From: Vicinamibacterales bacterium
GTDB lineage: Bacteria > Acidobacteriota > Vicinamibacteria > Vicinamibacterales > UBA2999
Reading direction: 5' to 3'
Assembly (NCBI GenBank): GCA_038213735.1
Contig: JBBQSP010000016.1
Location: forward strand, 1,581 to 65,580
Length of the DNA stretch: 64,000 nucleotides
Made by a program: the position numbers and the translations under genes. Positions 10,363-20,407 of this stretch are shown here, piece after piece. Within the stretch, counting starts at the first letter, position 1. Each line of letters starts with the position of its first letter. The notes under the pieces were generated by a model that was given only the letters and a program-made list of their open reading frames with translations, did no database searches and had not been told where the DNA came from.

Positions 10363-13007
10363 CGCCGCCACGGCTGGCCCTGTTGCTGCTGCGCCTCCTG
10401 TTGCCGCGGGATTTGCGGGAGCCGATTGGCGGCGATCTCGAAGAGGAGTGGCACGCTGCGCCGTCGCGACGCCGGTTCTGGAGCCTGACCGTCCGCTCGA
10501 TCGCCGCGTGCTGGTTCGATCGCCTTCGTGCCGACGCCACGCGCCGGCCTGTGCACACCCCTGAAGGAGACACCGCCATGCAATCCCTCTGGCAGGACGT
10601 GAAATACGGGTTCCGCCTGATGTGGCGCAGCCCCGGCTTCACCGCGGCCGTCGTCATCACCCTCGCGCTTGGCATCGGCGCCAACTCCGCCATCTTCAGC
10701 ATCGTCAACGTCCTGGCCCTCAAGCCGCTGCCGTACTACGACGCTTCGCGCGTCGCGTTCGTGTTGGGGTGGGATGTCGAGGAAGGTGAGATGCGTTTCA
10801 ACCTGCGCGCCGCCGACCTGCTCGACCTGCAACGGCACGCCTCGTCGTTCGACGCCATCGCGGCCTACGCCTACATCAGCGCGAACCTGACCGGCGGCGA
10901 TGTGCCCGATCGCGTGCAGGCGTACCGCGTGACGCCGGCCACCTTCGCGCTACTCGCGGTGCCACCCGCGATCGGCCGCGTGTTCGGCGAGGCCGACATT
11001 CAGTCGAACCGAGATGACGTGGCGGTGATCAGTCATGGGCTGTGGCAGCGCCGGTTCGGCGGCGACGCCGCCATCGTCGGCCGCCGCATTGTCGTGAACG
11101 GCGAGCCACGCGAAGTGATTGGCGTGATGCCGCCGCGGTTCGAGTACCCGGTGTTCAACTTCAAGGGCGATCTCTGGATCCCCTGGACGATCAGGGACGC
11201 GGAGCGAGGCCAGCCGGGTGCCACGGCGGGTGCGACGGTGGTCGGGCGGCTTCGTCCAGGCGCGTCCTATGCCCAGGCGCAGGCGGAAGTTGACGTCATC
11301 ATGACGGGCAACGCCGAGCGTTACCCCGAGACCAATCTCGCGCTGGGCGCGCGGGTCGTCGAAATGGGCAAGCTGGACGATGAGCAGGCGGGTCCGGCGA
11401 TTGCGATCCTGTTGACGACCGTATCACTGGTGTTGCTGCTGGCGTGCGCGAACGTCGCGAACCTGCTGCTGGCGCGCGGAGTGTCGCGCTATCGAGAACT
11501 CGCGGTGCGCGCAGCCATCGGCGCCAGCCGCTTCCGCATTGGCCGGCAACTGTTAATCGAAGGCGTGCTGCTGTCGGCGGCCGGCGGCATTGGCGGTGTG
11601 TTGCTCTCCATACTGGCGCTTGACGGCCTTCGCGGGGTGCTGCCCGACGCGCTGCTCACGACAGTGCCCAACATCAACGAGTTGGGTGTGGACCGGGTGA
11701 CGCTCGCATATACCCTGCTGATTTCACTCGTCACCAGCGCGATCTTTGGCGTGTTGCCGGCGTGGCGGGCATCGCGTGACCAATTCGAGGGCGCGCTCAA
11801 GGAATCCGCGGCGGCGGGCGGCAGCCGCGGCACGCGCCGCTTGCGGTCGACCCTGGTCGTGGCCGAGGTCGCACTGGCGACGCTGCTGCTCGTGGGCGCC
11901 GGGCTGCTGGTCCGCAGCTACGACAGCCTTCAGCGGGTCAGCCCGGGATTCGACGCGGCCGGTGTGATGACGATGGCGATGACGCTGCCCGAGTACAAGT
12001 ACGCGGACGCCGGCGCACGACGGCGGTTCTTCGAGCAGGTGGTCGATCGGGTCGGGCAACTGCCTGGCGTGTCGTCGGCCGGCCTGGTGAACACGTTGCC
12101 GTTCAGCACCTACAACCGCGGCACGCGCATCACGGTGGATGGCGCCCCGGCGCCCGAGCCCGGCCGCGAGCCGTCGGTCGCGTATCGCGTGGCGACGGCC
12201 GGCTATCACCAGGCCATGGGCATTCCACTCCTGGCGGGACGTCTGTTCGAGGACCGCGAGCTCCCCGAGGGCGAGCGCGTCGCGATCGTCAACGAGACGC
12301 TCGCGCAGCGCCACTTCGGGGGCGAGGCAATTGGCTGCCGGCTGCGGCTGGGCGCGGGCGACGCCCCGTGGCTGACGATCGTGGGTGTGGTCGGCGACGT
12401 GCATCACGACGCCCTCACCGAGGATCCCGATCCGGAGGTGTACGTGCCCATGGTGCAGGCGCCGGCGAGCATGATGATGCTGGCGGCGCGCACGGTGCTC
12501 AATCCCGAGGAACTGACCACCTCGATCCGCGCGGCCATCCAGGCCATCGACCCCGAGCAGCCGGTTTATCACGTGAAGTCGCTGGAGACGCTGGTCGGCG
12601 AATCGACCATGCCGGCGCAAACGTCGGCGCAACTGGTGGCGTTGTTCAGCGCGCTCGCGCTGGTCCTGGCGGCGGTCGGTATCTACGGCGTGGTGGCGTA
12701 CGGCGTGAGCCAGCAAACGCGCGAGTTTGGTGTGCGCCTGGCGCTTGGAGCGACGCCGCGACACCTGATGCGGCAAGTACTGCGGAACGGCGGTGCGCTG
12801 GTCGGCACCGGGATCGCGATCGGCATGGCGACGGCACTAGGGATGTCGCGCCTGTTGGGCGGCGTGCTGGTTGGCGTCAGTCCCGCCGACCCAACGATCT
12901 ACGCCAGTGTTGCAGTGGTGTTGGCGATCACGGGCGTCGCCGCCTGCGCCTTGCCCGCGTTACGAGCGGGACAAACGCAGCCGGTGACGGCCGTGCGCGC
13001 GGACTGA
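10359..13007 (+). CDS. ADOP-family ABC transporter permease (duplicated MacB/FtsX-like)
   Basis: 882 aa, with the N-terminal prefix [23 protein letters not shown] and two MacB-periplasmic + FtsX 4-TM modules. The PadR partner immediately upstream gives the classical acidobacterial arrangement. Confidence 0.9.
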   Translation: MTPPRLALLLLRLLLPRDLREPIGGDLEEEWHAAPSRRRFWSLTVRSIAACWFDRLRADATRRPVHTPEGDTAMQSLWQDVKYGFRLMWRSPGFTAAVVITLALGIGANSAIFSIVNVLALKPLPYYDASRVAFVLGWDVEEGEMRFNLRAADLLDLQRHASSFDAIAAYAYISANLTGGDVPDRVQAYRVTPATFALLAVPPAIGRVFGEADIQSNRDDVAVISHGLWQRRFGGDAAIVGRRIVVNGEPREVIGVMPPRFEYPVFNFKGDLWIPWTIRDAERGQPGATAGATVVGRLRPGASYAQAQAEVDVIMTGNAERYPETNLALGARVVEMGKLDDEQAGPAIAILLTTVSLVLLLACANVANLLLARGVSRYRELAVRAAIGASRFRIGRQLLIEGVLLSAAGGIGGVLLSILALDGLRGVLPDALLTTVPNINELGVDRVTLAYTLLISLVTSAIFGVLPAWRASRDQFEGALKESAAAGGSRGTRRLRSTLVVAEVALATLLLVGAGLLVRSYDSLQRVSPGFDAAGVMTMAMTLPEYKYADAGARRRFFEQVVDRVGQLPGVSSAGLVNTLPFSTYNRGTRITVDGAPAPEPGREPSVAYRVATAGYHQAMGIPLLAGRLFEDRELPEGERVAIVNETLAQRHFGGEAIGCRLRLGAGDAPWLTIVGVVGDVHHDALTEDPDPEVYVPMVQAPASMMMLAARTVLNPEELTTSIRAAIQAIDPEQPVYHVKSLETLVGESTMPAQTSAQLVALFSALALVLAAVGIYGVVAYGVSQQTREFGVRLALGATPRHLMRQVLRNGGALVGTGIAIGMATALGMSRLLGGVLVGVSPADPTIYASVAVVLAITGVAACALPALRAGQTQPVTAVRAD

Positions 13008-13080
13008 CGGCGGAGCCCCTGGAAGAGGAGTTGAGCACTTGGAAATCTGTGCTTAATCTGTGGCTGGCTCTTGTCTGTGG

Positions 13081-13947
13081 TCAAGCCATCACCGGCAGGT
13101 AGCCGCGCCTGATGCCCATCGTCACCGCCCGGTCGTTGGCGGTCCTCACCTCGTCATCGACGTGATACTGCGCGAGACCCGCGATCGAGATCTTGCTGCC
13201 GCGCCATGACTTGAGCCCGGCGTCGCCGGGCTCGCCCGCCGCCCGCGCCTGCAGGTACGCGCGCAAGCCGGCGCGATCCGCTTCAGTGGCCACAACCAGC
13301 GACAGCAGGCCGTCAGCCGGACTGACCTCTGGCGTGAGCCGCAGGTTGGGCCCGACTGATGGCATGTTCAACACTTCCACCAACAAGTAGTCGCCCGCGA
13401 TCAACGTGCCATCGATGTTGATCTCGTTTCGGCGCGGCTCCAGGCAATCGATCAGATCCACGTACATGTCGCGCGCTTGCTGAAGCTGGATGGCCACGTC
13501 GGCGTCCGCGTCAACAACCGTGTTGGCCCGCTCGATAGCGGCGGCGACGAGGCCGGCGCCGACGCTTTCGAAGAACGGGGTTTCGCCGGCGGCGTCCTGG
13601 ATGATACCGGCGTCGATGCGCACGACCTGCTGTCCGGCCCACTCCGCAATCACCTGACGTGGCTCTCCTCGCAGGTTCAGGCTGTCGGCAATGTTGTTCG
13701 CGGTGCCGAGTGGAAGAACACACAGCGGCACGTCGCCACCCGCCAGCGCTTTCGCCGCGACCGCCACCGTGCCATCGCCGCCGGCCGCCACGATCGCGTC
13801 GACGCCGACATGTGACTCAAGGGCCAGTTCCGACGGCTGCCTGATGACGCGATCGACCGAATGACCCGCGTCACGGATCAAGGCCGTCACCTCGTCCATT
13901 GACAGGCCCTCGCCGGCGTGTGGGTTCCAGAAGAGGCAGACGTTCAT
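13081..13947 (-). CDS. diacylglycerol/lipid kinase family protein (YegS/BmrU-like)
   Basis: Carries the DAGK catalytic motifs VAAGGDGTV and LPLGTANNIADSL. Confidence 0.85.
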   Translation of the reverse strand: MNVCLFWNPHAGEGLSMDEVTALIRDAGHSVDRVIRQPSELALESHVGVDAIVAAGGDGTVAVAAKALAGGDVPLCVLPLGTANNIADSLNLRGEPRQVIAEWAGQQVVRIDAGIIQDAAGETPFFESVGAGLVAAAIERANTVVDADADVAIQLQQARDMYVDLIDCLEPRRNEINIDGTLIAGDYLLVEVLNMPSVGPNLRLTPEVSPADGLLSLVVATEADRAGLRAYLQARAAGEPGDAGLKSWRGSKISIAGLAQYHVDDEVRTANDRAVTMGIRRGYLPVMA

Positions 13948-14006
13948 ACGCGCTGTTTACCTAGCACATCCCATGCCGCTGGCCGTGCTCTTGCATTTAC
14001 CCGGGC

Positions 14007-14828
14007 ATGAAAATCCTCGTGTGCAATGACGATGGCATCTATAGCCCGGGTATTGCCGCGCTGGCCGAAGTTGCCTCGGAGTTCGGCACGGTCCGCATCG
14101 TGGCGCCCAACGTCGAGCAGTCATCCATGGGCCACGCCATTACCGCCAGCCGCCCGCTTTCCTACCGGGAAACCCCCATCCACGGATTCCCCGCGTTTCG
14201 CGTCAACGGCACGCCGGCCGATTGTGTCGCGCTCGGTGCCCATCAATGGGAGAAGGTTGATCTGGTCGTATCGGGCTGCAACCTCGGGCTCAACATCGGC
14301 AACTCGATCTGGCACTCGGGCACCCTGGCCGCCGCGAAACAGGCCGCCCTGCTTGGAATGCGCGGCATTGCCTTCAGCGCGCCGTCGAGCATCGATGACT
14401 TCACGGCGCTGAAGCCCTGGATGCGCCGGGTGCTCGAGGTGCTGGTGCCGGCGGACGAGCTGTCGCTCGTCAACGTCAACCTGCCCAAAGACCCGCGGGG
14501 CATCATCTGGACGCGCGTGTCGGTGCGGCAGTACGACGGGCTGATCGTGCCGACGAAGGATCCCCAGGGCCGCGAGTTGTTCTGGTTCAGCGTGAAGCCG
14601 CTCGAAGGCGCAGACGAGGGCACCGACCGGTGGGCGATCGAGCAACGGTGGGTCTCGATGACGCCGCTGCGGCTCGACCTCACGGACGAGTCGCAACTGG
14701 CGGCGAGCCGCGAGCAGCGGCCGATGGATGAAGAGCTGGCCGCAGTGGTGTCGCCGCCGAGATCGTCGCCTGACGCGGTGAAGGAAGTCGAGCTGGCCGA
14801 AGCGCCGGTGCTGCCGCGCGTCTCCTGA
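14007..14828 (+). CDS. surE: 5'/3'-nucleotidase SurE
   Basis: The N-terminus MKILVCNDDGIYSPGIAAL and the motif SGCNLGLNIG..HSGTLAAA identify the family. Confidence 0.92.
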   Translation: MKILVCNDDGIYSPGIAALAEVASEFGTVRIVAPNVEQSSMGHAITASRPLSYRETPIHGFPAFRVNGTPADCVALGAHQWEKVDLVVSGCNLGLNIGNSIWHSGTLAAAKQAALLGMRGIAFSAPSSIDDFTALKPWMRRVLEVLVPADELSLVNVNLPKDPRGIIWTRVSVRQYDGLIVPTKDPQGRELFWFSVKPLEGADEGTDRWAIEQRWVSMTPLRLDLTDESQLAASREQRPMDEELAAVVSPPRSSPDAVKEVELAEAPVLPRVS

Positions 14829-14831
14829 ACG

Positions 14832-15644
14832 TCAGCGCTGGCAGAGTGGGCAGTAGTAGGTCGAGCGCGCCGCCTGCGTGAACTGCTGGATCGTTCCGCC
14901 GCATCCCTTGCGAAGGCACGGCTCGCCGGCCCGTTCGTAGACGAGGAATCGTCCCGCCCGGTACGGTGACTCCGAGCGGCGAATCGCGTTCGTCAATACC
15001 GCCTTAATCGAGGCGGCCAGCTGCACCGCTTCCTTGCGCGGCTTGCCCGTGCTGGTGGCGATGCTCGAGGCCTTGCGCAGCGGCGACAGCCGCGCGTGGT
15101 GCAGGGCTTCGCTCGCGTAGATGTTGCCGAGACCGCCAACGATGCGTTGATCCAGTAGCGCCACCTTGATGGGAACTCTCTTGCCGCGGCACGCGCGTGC
15201 CAACGACGCCGCCGTGAACTCGGGCGACAGTGGTTCGGGCCCCATGGCCTTCAGCGACGGGTAATCGTCGGCGACCGCCGCGAGATCCATGAAGCCAAAC
15301 CGGCGCGGGTCGTTGAACACCACGCTCAGGCCCGACGACATCACGAACACCACGTGATCGTGCGCATCGGTCTCGCGGGTGCGGTCGCCGATCGGCGCCA
15401 CGTGGAACCATCCCGACATGCCCAAGTGCATGATCAGGCTTTCGCCAGATGACAGCGCCACGATGAGGTATTTGCCGCGCCGTTGGACGGCCGCCACGGT
15501 GGTCCCGCGCAAACGCTCGGCAAAGCGGTCGGGGAATGGGATGCGAAGGTTGGGCCGATTGAGGATCACGCGCCTGAATTTCGCGCGTTGCAGGGCCGGC
15601 TCGAGCATTCGGCGGACGGTTTCAACTTCAGGGAGCTCGGGCAC
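14832..15644 (-). CDS. mutM: formamidopyrimidine-DNA glycosylase
   Basis: Has the N-terminal MPELPEVETVRR and a C-terminal zinc finger CLRKGCGGTIQQFTQAARSTYYCPLCQ. Confidence 0.93.
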   Translation of the reverse strand: MPELPEVETVRRMLEPALQRAKFRRVILNRPNLRIPFPDRFAERLRGTTVAAVQRRGKYLIVALSSGESLIMHLGMSGWFHVAPIGDRTRETDAHDHVVFVMSSGLSVVFNDPRRFGFMDLAAVADDYPSLKAMGPEPLSPEFTAASLARACRGKRVPIKVALLDQRIVGGLGNIYASEALHHARLSPLRKASSIATSTGKPRKEAVQLAASIKAVLTNAIRRSESPYRAGRFLVYERAGEPCLRKGCGGTIQQFTQAARSTYYCPLCQR

Positions 15645-15718
15645 GCAGTAATTCTAGACTGTGCTTACAATGGGGGTGTCCGTCAGACTGCGATGCCACC
15701 TGGCGGCGGGGTCTTCAC

Positions 15719-16507
15719 ATGCGTTACCTGTGCGCGCTTCTGATCGTTCTCGGACTGCCGCTGGTGGCCAGCGCGCAGCAACACCAGCGACCCACTGCGC
15801 CTCCACCGGCGGTGATGGGGAGCATCGGTTTGCCACTCCCGGCGATTGGCCTGCCCGCTACCGTTAACTATCCGAAGCCCTGGGAGTGGACCGTGCCGGC
15901 GCCGGCGTGGGAGCGCAATCAAGTGCCCGCGTGGGAGCAGCAACGGTCGCCGGCCTGGGAGCGCGGCCCGCGTCCTTCGCAGCCCATTCACCACCCTCGC
16001 GATCGGCGTCGTCCAGGCCGGCCCGTGTACCCCACGTATGGGATTGGATATTCGTACGGCGTGCCCTACGTGATGGCGCCGGCCGTCCCGCCGGGCGCCA
16101 CACCGGCACCGCCCCCGCCGGTTTCAGATGTCGGATACCTGCGGCTCGAAGTCGAGCCGGCCGCGCTGCTGCAGATTTATGTGGACGGCGTGTATGTCGG
16201 CACGCCCTCGGATCACCGCGGCGAACTCGAGTTGAGGGCGGGGGCGCATCGCATCGAGATTCGCGCTCCCGGTTACGAGCCGATGACCTTCGACGTGCGC
16301 GTCGAAGCCGAGCGCGGCATCACCTACCGTGGCGACCTGCGCCCGACGGGCGCGCTGCCGCCCGCGGCCGCGCCGCCCGTGGTGCCGACCGGCAGCAGGA
16401 CGCTGTACGTGATTCCCGGTTGTTACCTGGGCAACGTCCTGCCGGATAGAGACCGGTTACCGGCCGGCTGCGACATCAGCCGCATGAAGACGCACGCGCC
16501 CCAGTGA
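15719..16507 (+). CDS. secreted Pro-rich protein with a C-terminal PEGA domain
   Basis: The signal peptide is MRYLCALLIVLGLPLVASA. PAWE repeats are present (PAWERNQVPAWEQQRSPAWERG). A PEGA-like segment follows: GYLRLEVEPAALLQIYVDGVYVG..HRIEIRAPGYEPMTFDVRV. Confidence 0.75.
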   Translation: MRYLCALLIVLGLPLVASAQQHQRPTAPPPAVMGSIGLPLPAIGLPATVNYPKPWEWTVPAPAWERNQVPAWEQQRSPAWERGPRPSQPIHHPRDRRRPGRPVYPTYGIGYSYGVPYVMAPAVPPGATPAPPPPVSDVGYLRLEVEPAALLQIYVDGVYVGTPSDHRGELELRAGAHRIEIRAPGYEPMTFDVRVEAERGITYRGDLRPTGALPPAAAPPVVPTGSRTLYVIPGCYLGNVLPDRDRLPAGCDISRMKTHAPQ

Positions 16508-16509
16508 GA

Positions 16510-16555
16510 ACAGGAGATCAGGAGTTCAAGAGTTCCTAATCTCTTTATCTCTTGT
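16510..16555. terminator. hairpin built from tandem octamers, between convergent genes (octamer family, copy 1)
   Basis: ACAGGAGATCAGGAG-(16 nt)-CTCTTTATCTCTTGT forms an imperfect 15-nt stem. It fills the gap between the stop at 16507 (+) and the stop at 16555 (-). Confidence 0.5.
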
Positions 16556-18114
16556 TAGTACTGGATGCTCTCGCCCGCGAGTGCGGGCACTGTCTTTGGC
16601 GACATCCGGTTCTTGCTCGCCTGCTCGTAGCCGTGTGCGACCTTCAGCAGCGTCGCATCGCTGAACGGCCGGCCCATGAACTCGAGCGCCAGCGGCAGGC
16701 CCTCGCCGTCCCACCCGGCCGGCACCACAATCGCCGGCATGCCCGCCGTCGACACCAGGTTGTTATCCCTCAGCCCATCGTCTGACACACCCACCGCGGG
16801 CGCGCCGAGTGGCTTCATGGGGTAGACGAGCGCGGCGACACCGTAGCGGTCCATCAGGCCGATCAATTCCCGCCGCATCATCTTCTGGTTGAGCAGCCGC
16901 CCCTGGTAATCGGCGTTGGTGTTGAGATCGCCCGCCTTCATGGTGTCGTTGAAGCGCGCCTCGAGCACGCCGCCCTTGAGCCACCTGCCGCTGTTGAAGA
17001 GCTCGGCAAACGACTTCACCGGGCTCGGTCCGCGGCGCTGCAGGTAGCTGTCGAACGACTCTCGCAGTTCGTAGCTGTTGACGCGCAGCGACGGCATCAG
17101 GCCGAGCAGGTCGGTGCCGGTCGAGAGCCCGTCGATCATGATGGCGCCGGCGGCGGTCATCACCGCCAGTTGCTTGTCGATGAGGGCATTGCCGGCCGCG
17201 GCCTCGGGATTCTTGCGGAACAGGTCGCGCAGCACGCCGATTCGGACGCCGCGCAGGCTGTCGGCGGGCAGCGTGGTGAGATCGGCCACCTGGTGTTCAA
17301 GGCTCTCCATGGTGGCCAGGTCGTCGGCGTCGAAGCCGCGCATGACACTCAACACCACAGCGGCATCGGCGGTGGTCTTGGCGTGCACGCCGACGCGATC
17401 CTGCGTAAACGAGATCGGGAGCACGCCGGCGCGGCTGACCAGCCCGCGAGACGGGACCACGCCGACGAGCGCGCTGTTGGCGGCCGGGCTGCGCACCGAC
17501 ACACCGGTCTCGGTGCCAAGGCCGACGGTGGCGAATGACGCGGCGACCGCGACACCGGTGCCGCCGCTCGAGCCGCCGGGGTTCTTCGCCAGGTTGTAGG
17601 GATTGAGGATCTGTCCGCCGACGGTGCTGAAGCCGCGCACCGACTGCGCCATTTCATCCATGTTGGTTTTGGCAATGATGATGGCGCCGGCCGCCCGCAG
17701 TTTCTCGATCACGGTCGCGTCGATCGCCGGACGGCTGCCCGCAAACACTTCGTTGCCGCCGGTGGTCGCCATATCGGCGGTGTCGATGTTGTCTTTGGCG
17801 ACGATCGGGATGCCGTGCAAAGGACCGCGGCGGCCCCTGGCATTGCGCTCGGCGTCGAGCGCGCGGGCCGTCTCCAGGGCGCGCGGGTTGACCGTGATGA
17901 TCGCGTTCAGCCGCGGGCCCTGCTTGTCGTACGCGTCAATGCGCTTGAGATACAGGTTGACGAGGCCCTCGTAGGTCAGCTTGCCCGCATCGACCGCCGC
18001 ATGAATGTCGGCAATGCTCGCGGTCGTCAATTCAAACGATCGCGTCTGCGCGCGAGGCGTAGCGAGCGAGACGACGACCACGACAAGGGCGAGAACGAAT
18101 CGGCTGAAACGCAT
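16555..18114 (-). CDS. amidase (amidase-signature family), secreted
   Basis: Start chosen at MRFSRFVLALVVVVVSLATPRAQ (ATG 18114). Amidase-signature motifs are GGSSGGTGVAVAA and KDNIDT. Confidence 0.88.
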   Translation of the reverse strand: MRFSRFVLALVVVVVSLATPRAQTRSFELTTASIADIHAAVDAGKLTYEGLVNLYLKRIDAYDKQGPRLNAIITVNPRALETARALDAERNARGRRGPLHGIPIVAKDNIDTADMATTGGNEVFAGSRPAIDATVIEKLRAAGAIIIAKTNMDEMAQSVRGFSTVGGQILNPYNLAKNPGGSSGGTGVAVAASFATVGLGTETGVSVRSPAANSALVGVVPSRGLVSRAGVLPISFTQDRVGVHAKTTADAAVVLSVMRGFDADDLATMESLEHQVADLTTLPADSLRGVRIGVLRDLFRKNPEAAAGNALIDKQLAVMTAAGAIMIDGLSTGTDLLGLMPSLRVNSYELRESFDSYLQRRGPSPVKSFAELFNSGRWLKGGVLEARFNDTMKAGDLNTNADYQGRLLNQKMMRRELIGLMDRYGVAALVYPMKPLGAPAVGVSDDGLRDNNLVSTAGMPAIVVPAGWDGEGLPLALEFMGRPFSDATLLKVAHGYEQASKNRMSPKTVPALAGESIQY

Positions 18115-18167
18115 GCGACATGCTATCGCATTCGGTGGAGGCAACCCTTCCGGGTTGCCTCTTGCGC

Positions 18168-19766
18168 CTACCTGCAGGTGGCCGCCGCTGGTCGAGGCTC
18201 CGCCATCCCGACATCCAGGTACTGCACTTTAGGCGGCAGGGTCGGCGCCAGCGTGATCGACACGTTCAAGTCGCCGCGCTCGCACTTCATGGTCCACTGT
18301 CCGCGCAGCCAGTTTTCGACCGTGTCGAACGCGGTGGGCGCCGTGCAGGTGCCGACCTTGGCGCGCAGGTCGGCAATCTGCTTCTGCCGCCGCTCTTTCG
18401 CGCTGTCGCGGAACAGGTTCATGGCCGCCATGTCGTCGGCCAGCTTGTCGTCCCAGTTCATGATCAGCCGCGAGACCGCATCGCGCGACTCCACCAGCGT
18501 GGGAGACGGCTGCGGCAGGCGCGGCTGCAGGCCGCCGGTCTTGTTCATCAGTTCGAAGGCCTGCGTCACGACGCCGCCCCACCCGGTGTAGGTGACGTTG
18601 CCGAACGCAATCACGCCCACGCCGTAGCTCGGCAGCCAGCGCATCATCGATCCGTAACCGGGCAGGCCGCCGCTGTGCGCGACGATCTGGTCGAACTCGC
18701 ACGACTGCGTGATGCCGAGACCGTAGCCGTAACCGCCGGAGTTCAGGTTCGGCGCGCCCGCGACGGTGCGCGTCACGATCGATGGGCGCGAGCGCCAGAT
18801 CTGCTGCATCTCTCGCAGCGACGCCCGGCTGATGGGCCCGGTCTCGGCGCCGTCGCGCGGTGGATGGGCCGCCAGCAGCGCGCCCACGTACTTCGTCAGG
18901 TCCGAGATCGACGTCAGCATGCCGCCCATGACGCCGAAGGCGCCATCGGCGAGCGCCGGTTCGAGCTTCCACGTCTCGTCTTCCCAGCGGTAGCCGAGCG
19001 CCATGCGATTGGCCGCGACGGCCCTCGGCTCGAGGGTCGTCGAGGTCATGCCCATCGGCTTCAGGATCTTGTCGCTCAGGTATTGGCGATACGGCTGGCC
19101 CGACACGTTGGTGACAATGCGGCCGAGAATGGCGAAGCCGTAGTTGGCGTACTCGTAGGCCACGCCCGGCGGGTTCGAGAACGGAATGCCCTGCTGCATC
19201 ATCCGCGAGAACGCCTCTTCGGTCGCGTCCAGTTGCTGATCGCCCCACGGGTTGTCTTCAGGAAAGCCGGCGGCGTGCGACAGCAGATCGCGCACGCGGA
19301 TGCGCGGCGAGTCGGAAGTGGGGTAACTCAGGTTCCTCAGCTCGGGGACATGCTTCTCGGCCAGATCGTCGAGCGACAGCTTGCCCTCGTCCCTGAGCGC
19401 CAGAATCGACATGGCAGCAAAGCTCTTCGACATGGAGGCAATGCGGAACACCGAGTCGCGCGTCACCGGCGACTTGGTGGCCAGGTCCCGGTAGCCGGCC
19501 ACGCCAATGTGCGCCAGCTCGCCGTCGATCACGATGCCCCAGGCGGCGCCGGGCACATGGGTGCGCTCCATGAACGCGGCGACCACCTTGTCGATCTCGG
19601 GGAAGGCCGTCGCGAGCTTCGCTCGCCGGCCGGGATCGGCAAACACCGCCGGCGGGTTGGCCACAGCGGTCGCGGTGGCGACCTGCGCCGTCATGCGTGC
19701 CGCGCCTTGTGCCGCAACTACGGCGAGGGCCAAGAGGGAGAGGGACCAGCGAATCCGTGCGCTCAT
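18168..19766 (-). CDS. serine hydrolase, class C beta-lactamase/PBP family, secreted
   Basis: The ATG at 19766 gives MSARIRWSLSLLALAVVAAQG. The S-x-x-K motif is FRIASMSKSF and the Y-x-N motif is YEYANYG. There is an extra C-terminal domain. Confidence 0.88.
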   Translation of the reverse strand: MSARIRWSLSLLALAVVAAQGAARMTAQVATATAVANPPAVFADPGRRAKLATAFPEIDKVVAAFMERTHVPGAAWGIVIDGELAHIGVAGYRDLATKSPVTRDSVFRIASMSKSFAAMSILALRDEGKLSLDDLAEKHVPELRNLSYPTSDSPRIRVRDLLSHAAGFPEDNPWGDQQLDATEEAFSRMMQQGIPFSNPPGVAYEYANYGFAILGRIVTNVSGQPYRQYLSDKILKPMGMTSTTLEPRAVAANRMALGYRWEDETWKLEPALADGAFGVMGGMLTSISDLTKYVGALLAAHPPRDGAETGPISRASLREMQQIWRSRPSIVTRTVAGAPNLNSGGYGYGLGITQSCEFDQIVAHSGGLPGYGSMMRWLPSYGVGVIAFGNVTYTGWGGVVTQAFELMNKTGGLQPRLPQPSPTLVESRDAVSRLIMNWDDKLADDMAAMNLFRDSAKERRQKQIADLRAKVGTCTAPTAFDTVENWLRGQWTMKCERGDLNVSITLAPTLPPKVQYLDVGMAEPRPAAATCR

Positions 19767-19829
19767 GCCGTGCACTTTACCTCAGCACTCTGGCCCCTTG
19801 GCACCGCGGCACCGTGGCACAATTGGCGC

Positions 19830-20351
19830 ATGCGCCAGCTCCGCTATTCCGTCGCCTCGAGCCTCGACGGCTACATTGCCGGTCCCAACGGCGAGTTCGA
19901 CTGGATCGTCGTCGATACCGAAATTGACTTCGAGGCGCTCTATGCCGGCTTCGACGGCCTCGTCATGGGCCGCCGATCGTACGAGGTGTTCCAGGCGACT
20001 GGCGGCGCGCCGGGTCCGGCCCTGCCAACCTACGTCTACTCGCGCACGCTGCCCGAGGGCGAGCGCAACGGCGTGACCTTCGCGAAGGACGCCGTCAGTC
20101 ATGTCCGCGCGCTTAAAGCATCCGGATCGGGCAAGCCGCTGTGGCTGTGGGGTGGCGGCGAACTTTGCCGCGAGCTTGCGGCGGCCGGACTACTCGACGG
20201 CATCGACGTGGCGATCATCCCGGTGGTGCTCGGCAAGGGCCTGCCGATGATGGCGACGCCGGGACCGCAGCTCAGCCTGAAGCTGAAGTCGCAGCGTCTC
20301 TACCAGCAGACCGGCACGTTGTTCGTCGAGTACGACGTCGTGAACGGATAA
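19830..20351 (+). CDS. dihydrofolate reductase family protein (RibD C-terminal domain type)
   Basis: Only the last 174 codons of track ORF 18120..20351 look genuine. They begin at MRQLRYSVASSLDGYIAGPNGEFDW (ATG 19830). The upstream part of that ORF is antisense to the beta-lactamase-family gene. Confidence 0.85.
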   Translation: MRQLRYSVASSLDGYIAGPNGEFDWIVVDTEIDFEALYAGFDGLVMGRRSYEVFQATGGAPGPALPTYVYSRTLPEGERNGVTFAKDAVSHVRALKASGSGKPLWLWGGGELCRELAAAGLLDGIDVAIIPVVLGKGLPMMATPGPQLSLKLKSQRLYQQTGTLFVEYDVVNG

Positions 20352-20407
20352 CAAGAGACCAGGAGATCACGAGTAAATAAGGTTTCTCCTGATCTCTTGA
20401 CCTCCTG
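20352..20407. terminator. hairpin built from tandem octamers, between convergent genes (octamer family, copy 2)
   Basis: CAAGAGACCAGGAGATCACGAG-(12 nt)-CTCCTGATCTCTTGACCTCCTG forms imperfect 22-nt arms. It exactly fills the gap between the stops at 20351 (+) and 20408 (-). Confidence 0.5.

Noticed and set aside
18120-19829. N-terminal 570 codons of track ORF 18120..20351 (743 aa)
   Set aside because: This part is antisense to the beta-lactamase-family gene and Arg/His-rich. Only the last 174 codons (from the ATG at 19830) match the RibD-C/DHFR family.
19798-19829. Two TGGCAC words (TTGGCAC..GTGGCACAATTGGCGC) resembling a sigma-54 -24 element upstream of the DHFR-family gene
   Set aside because: No TTGC/GC element lies at the required spacing, since only 8 nt separate GG and GC. 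The site abuts the ATG, leaving no room for a transcript leader.
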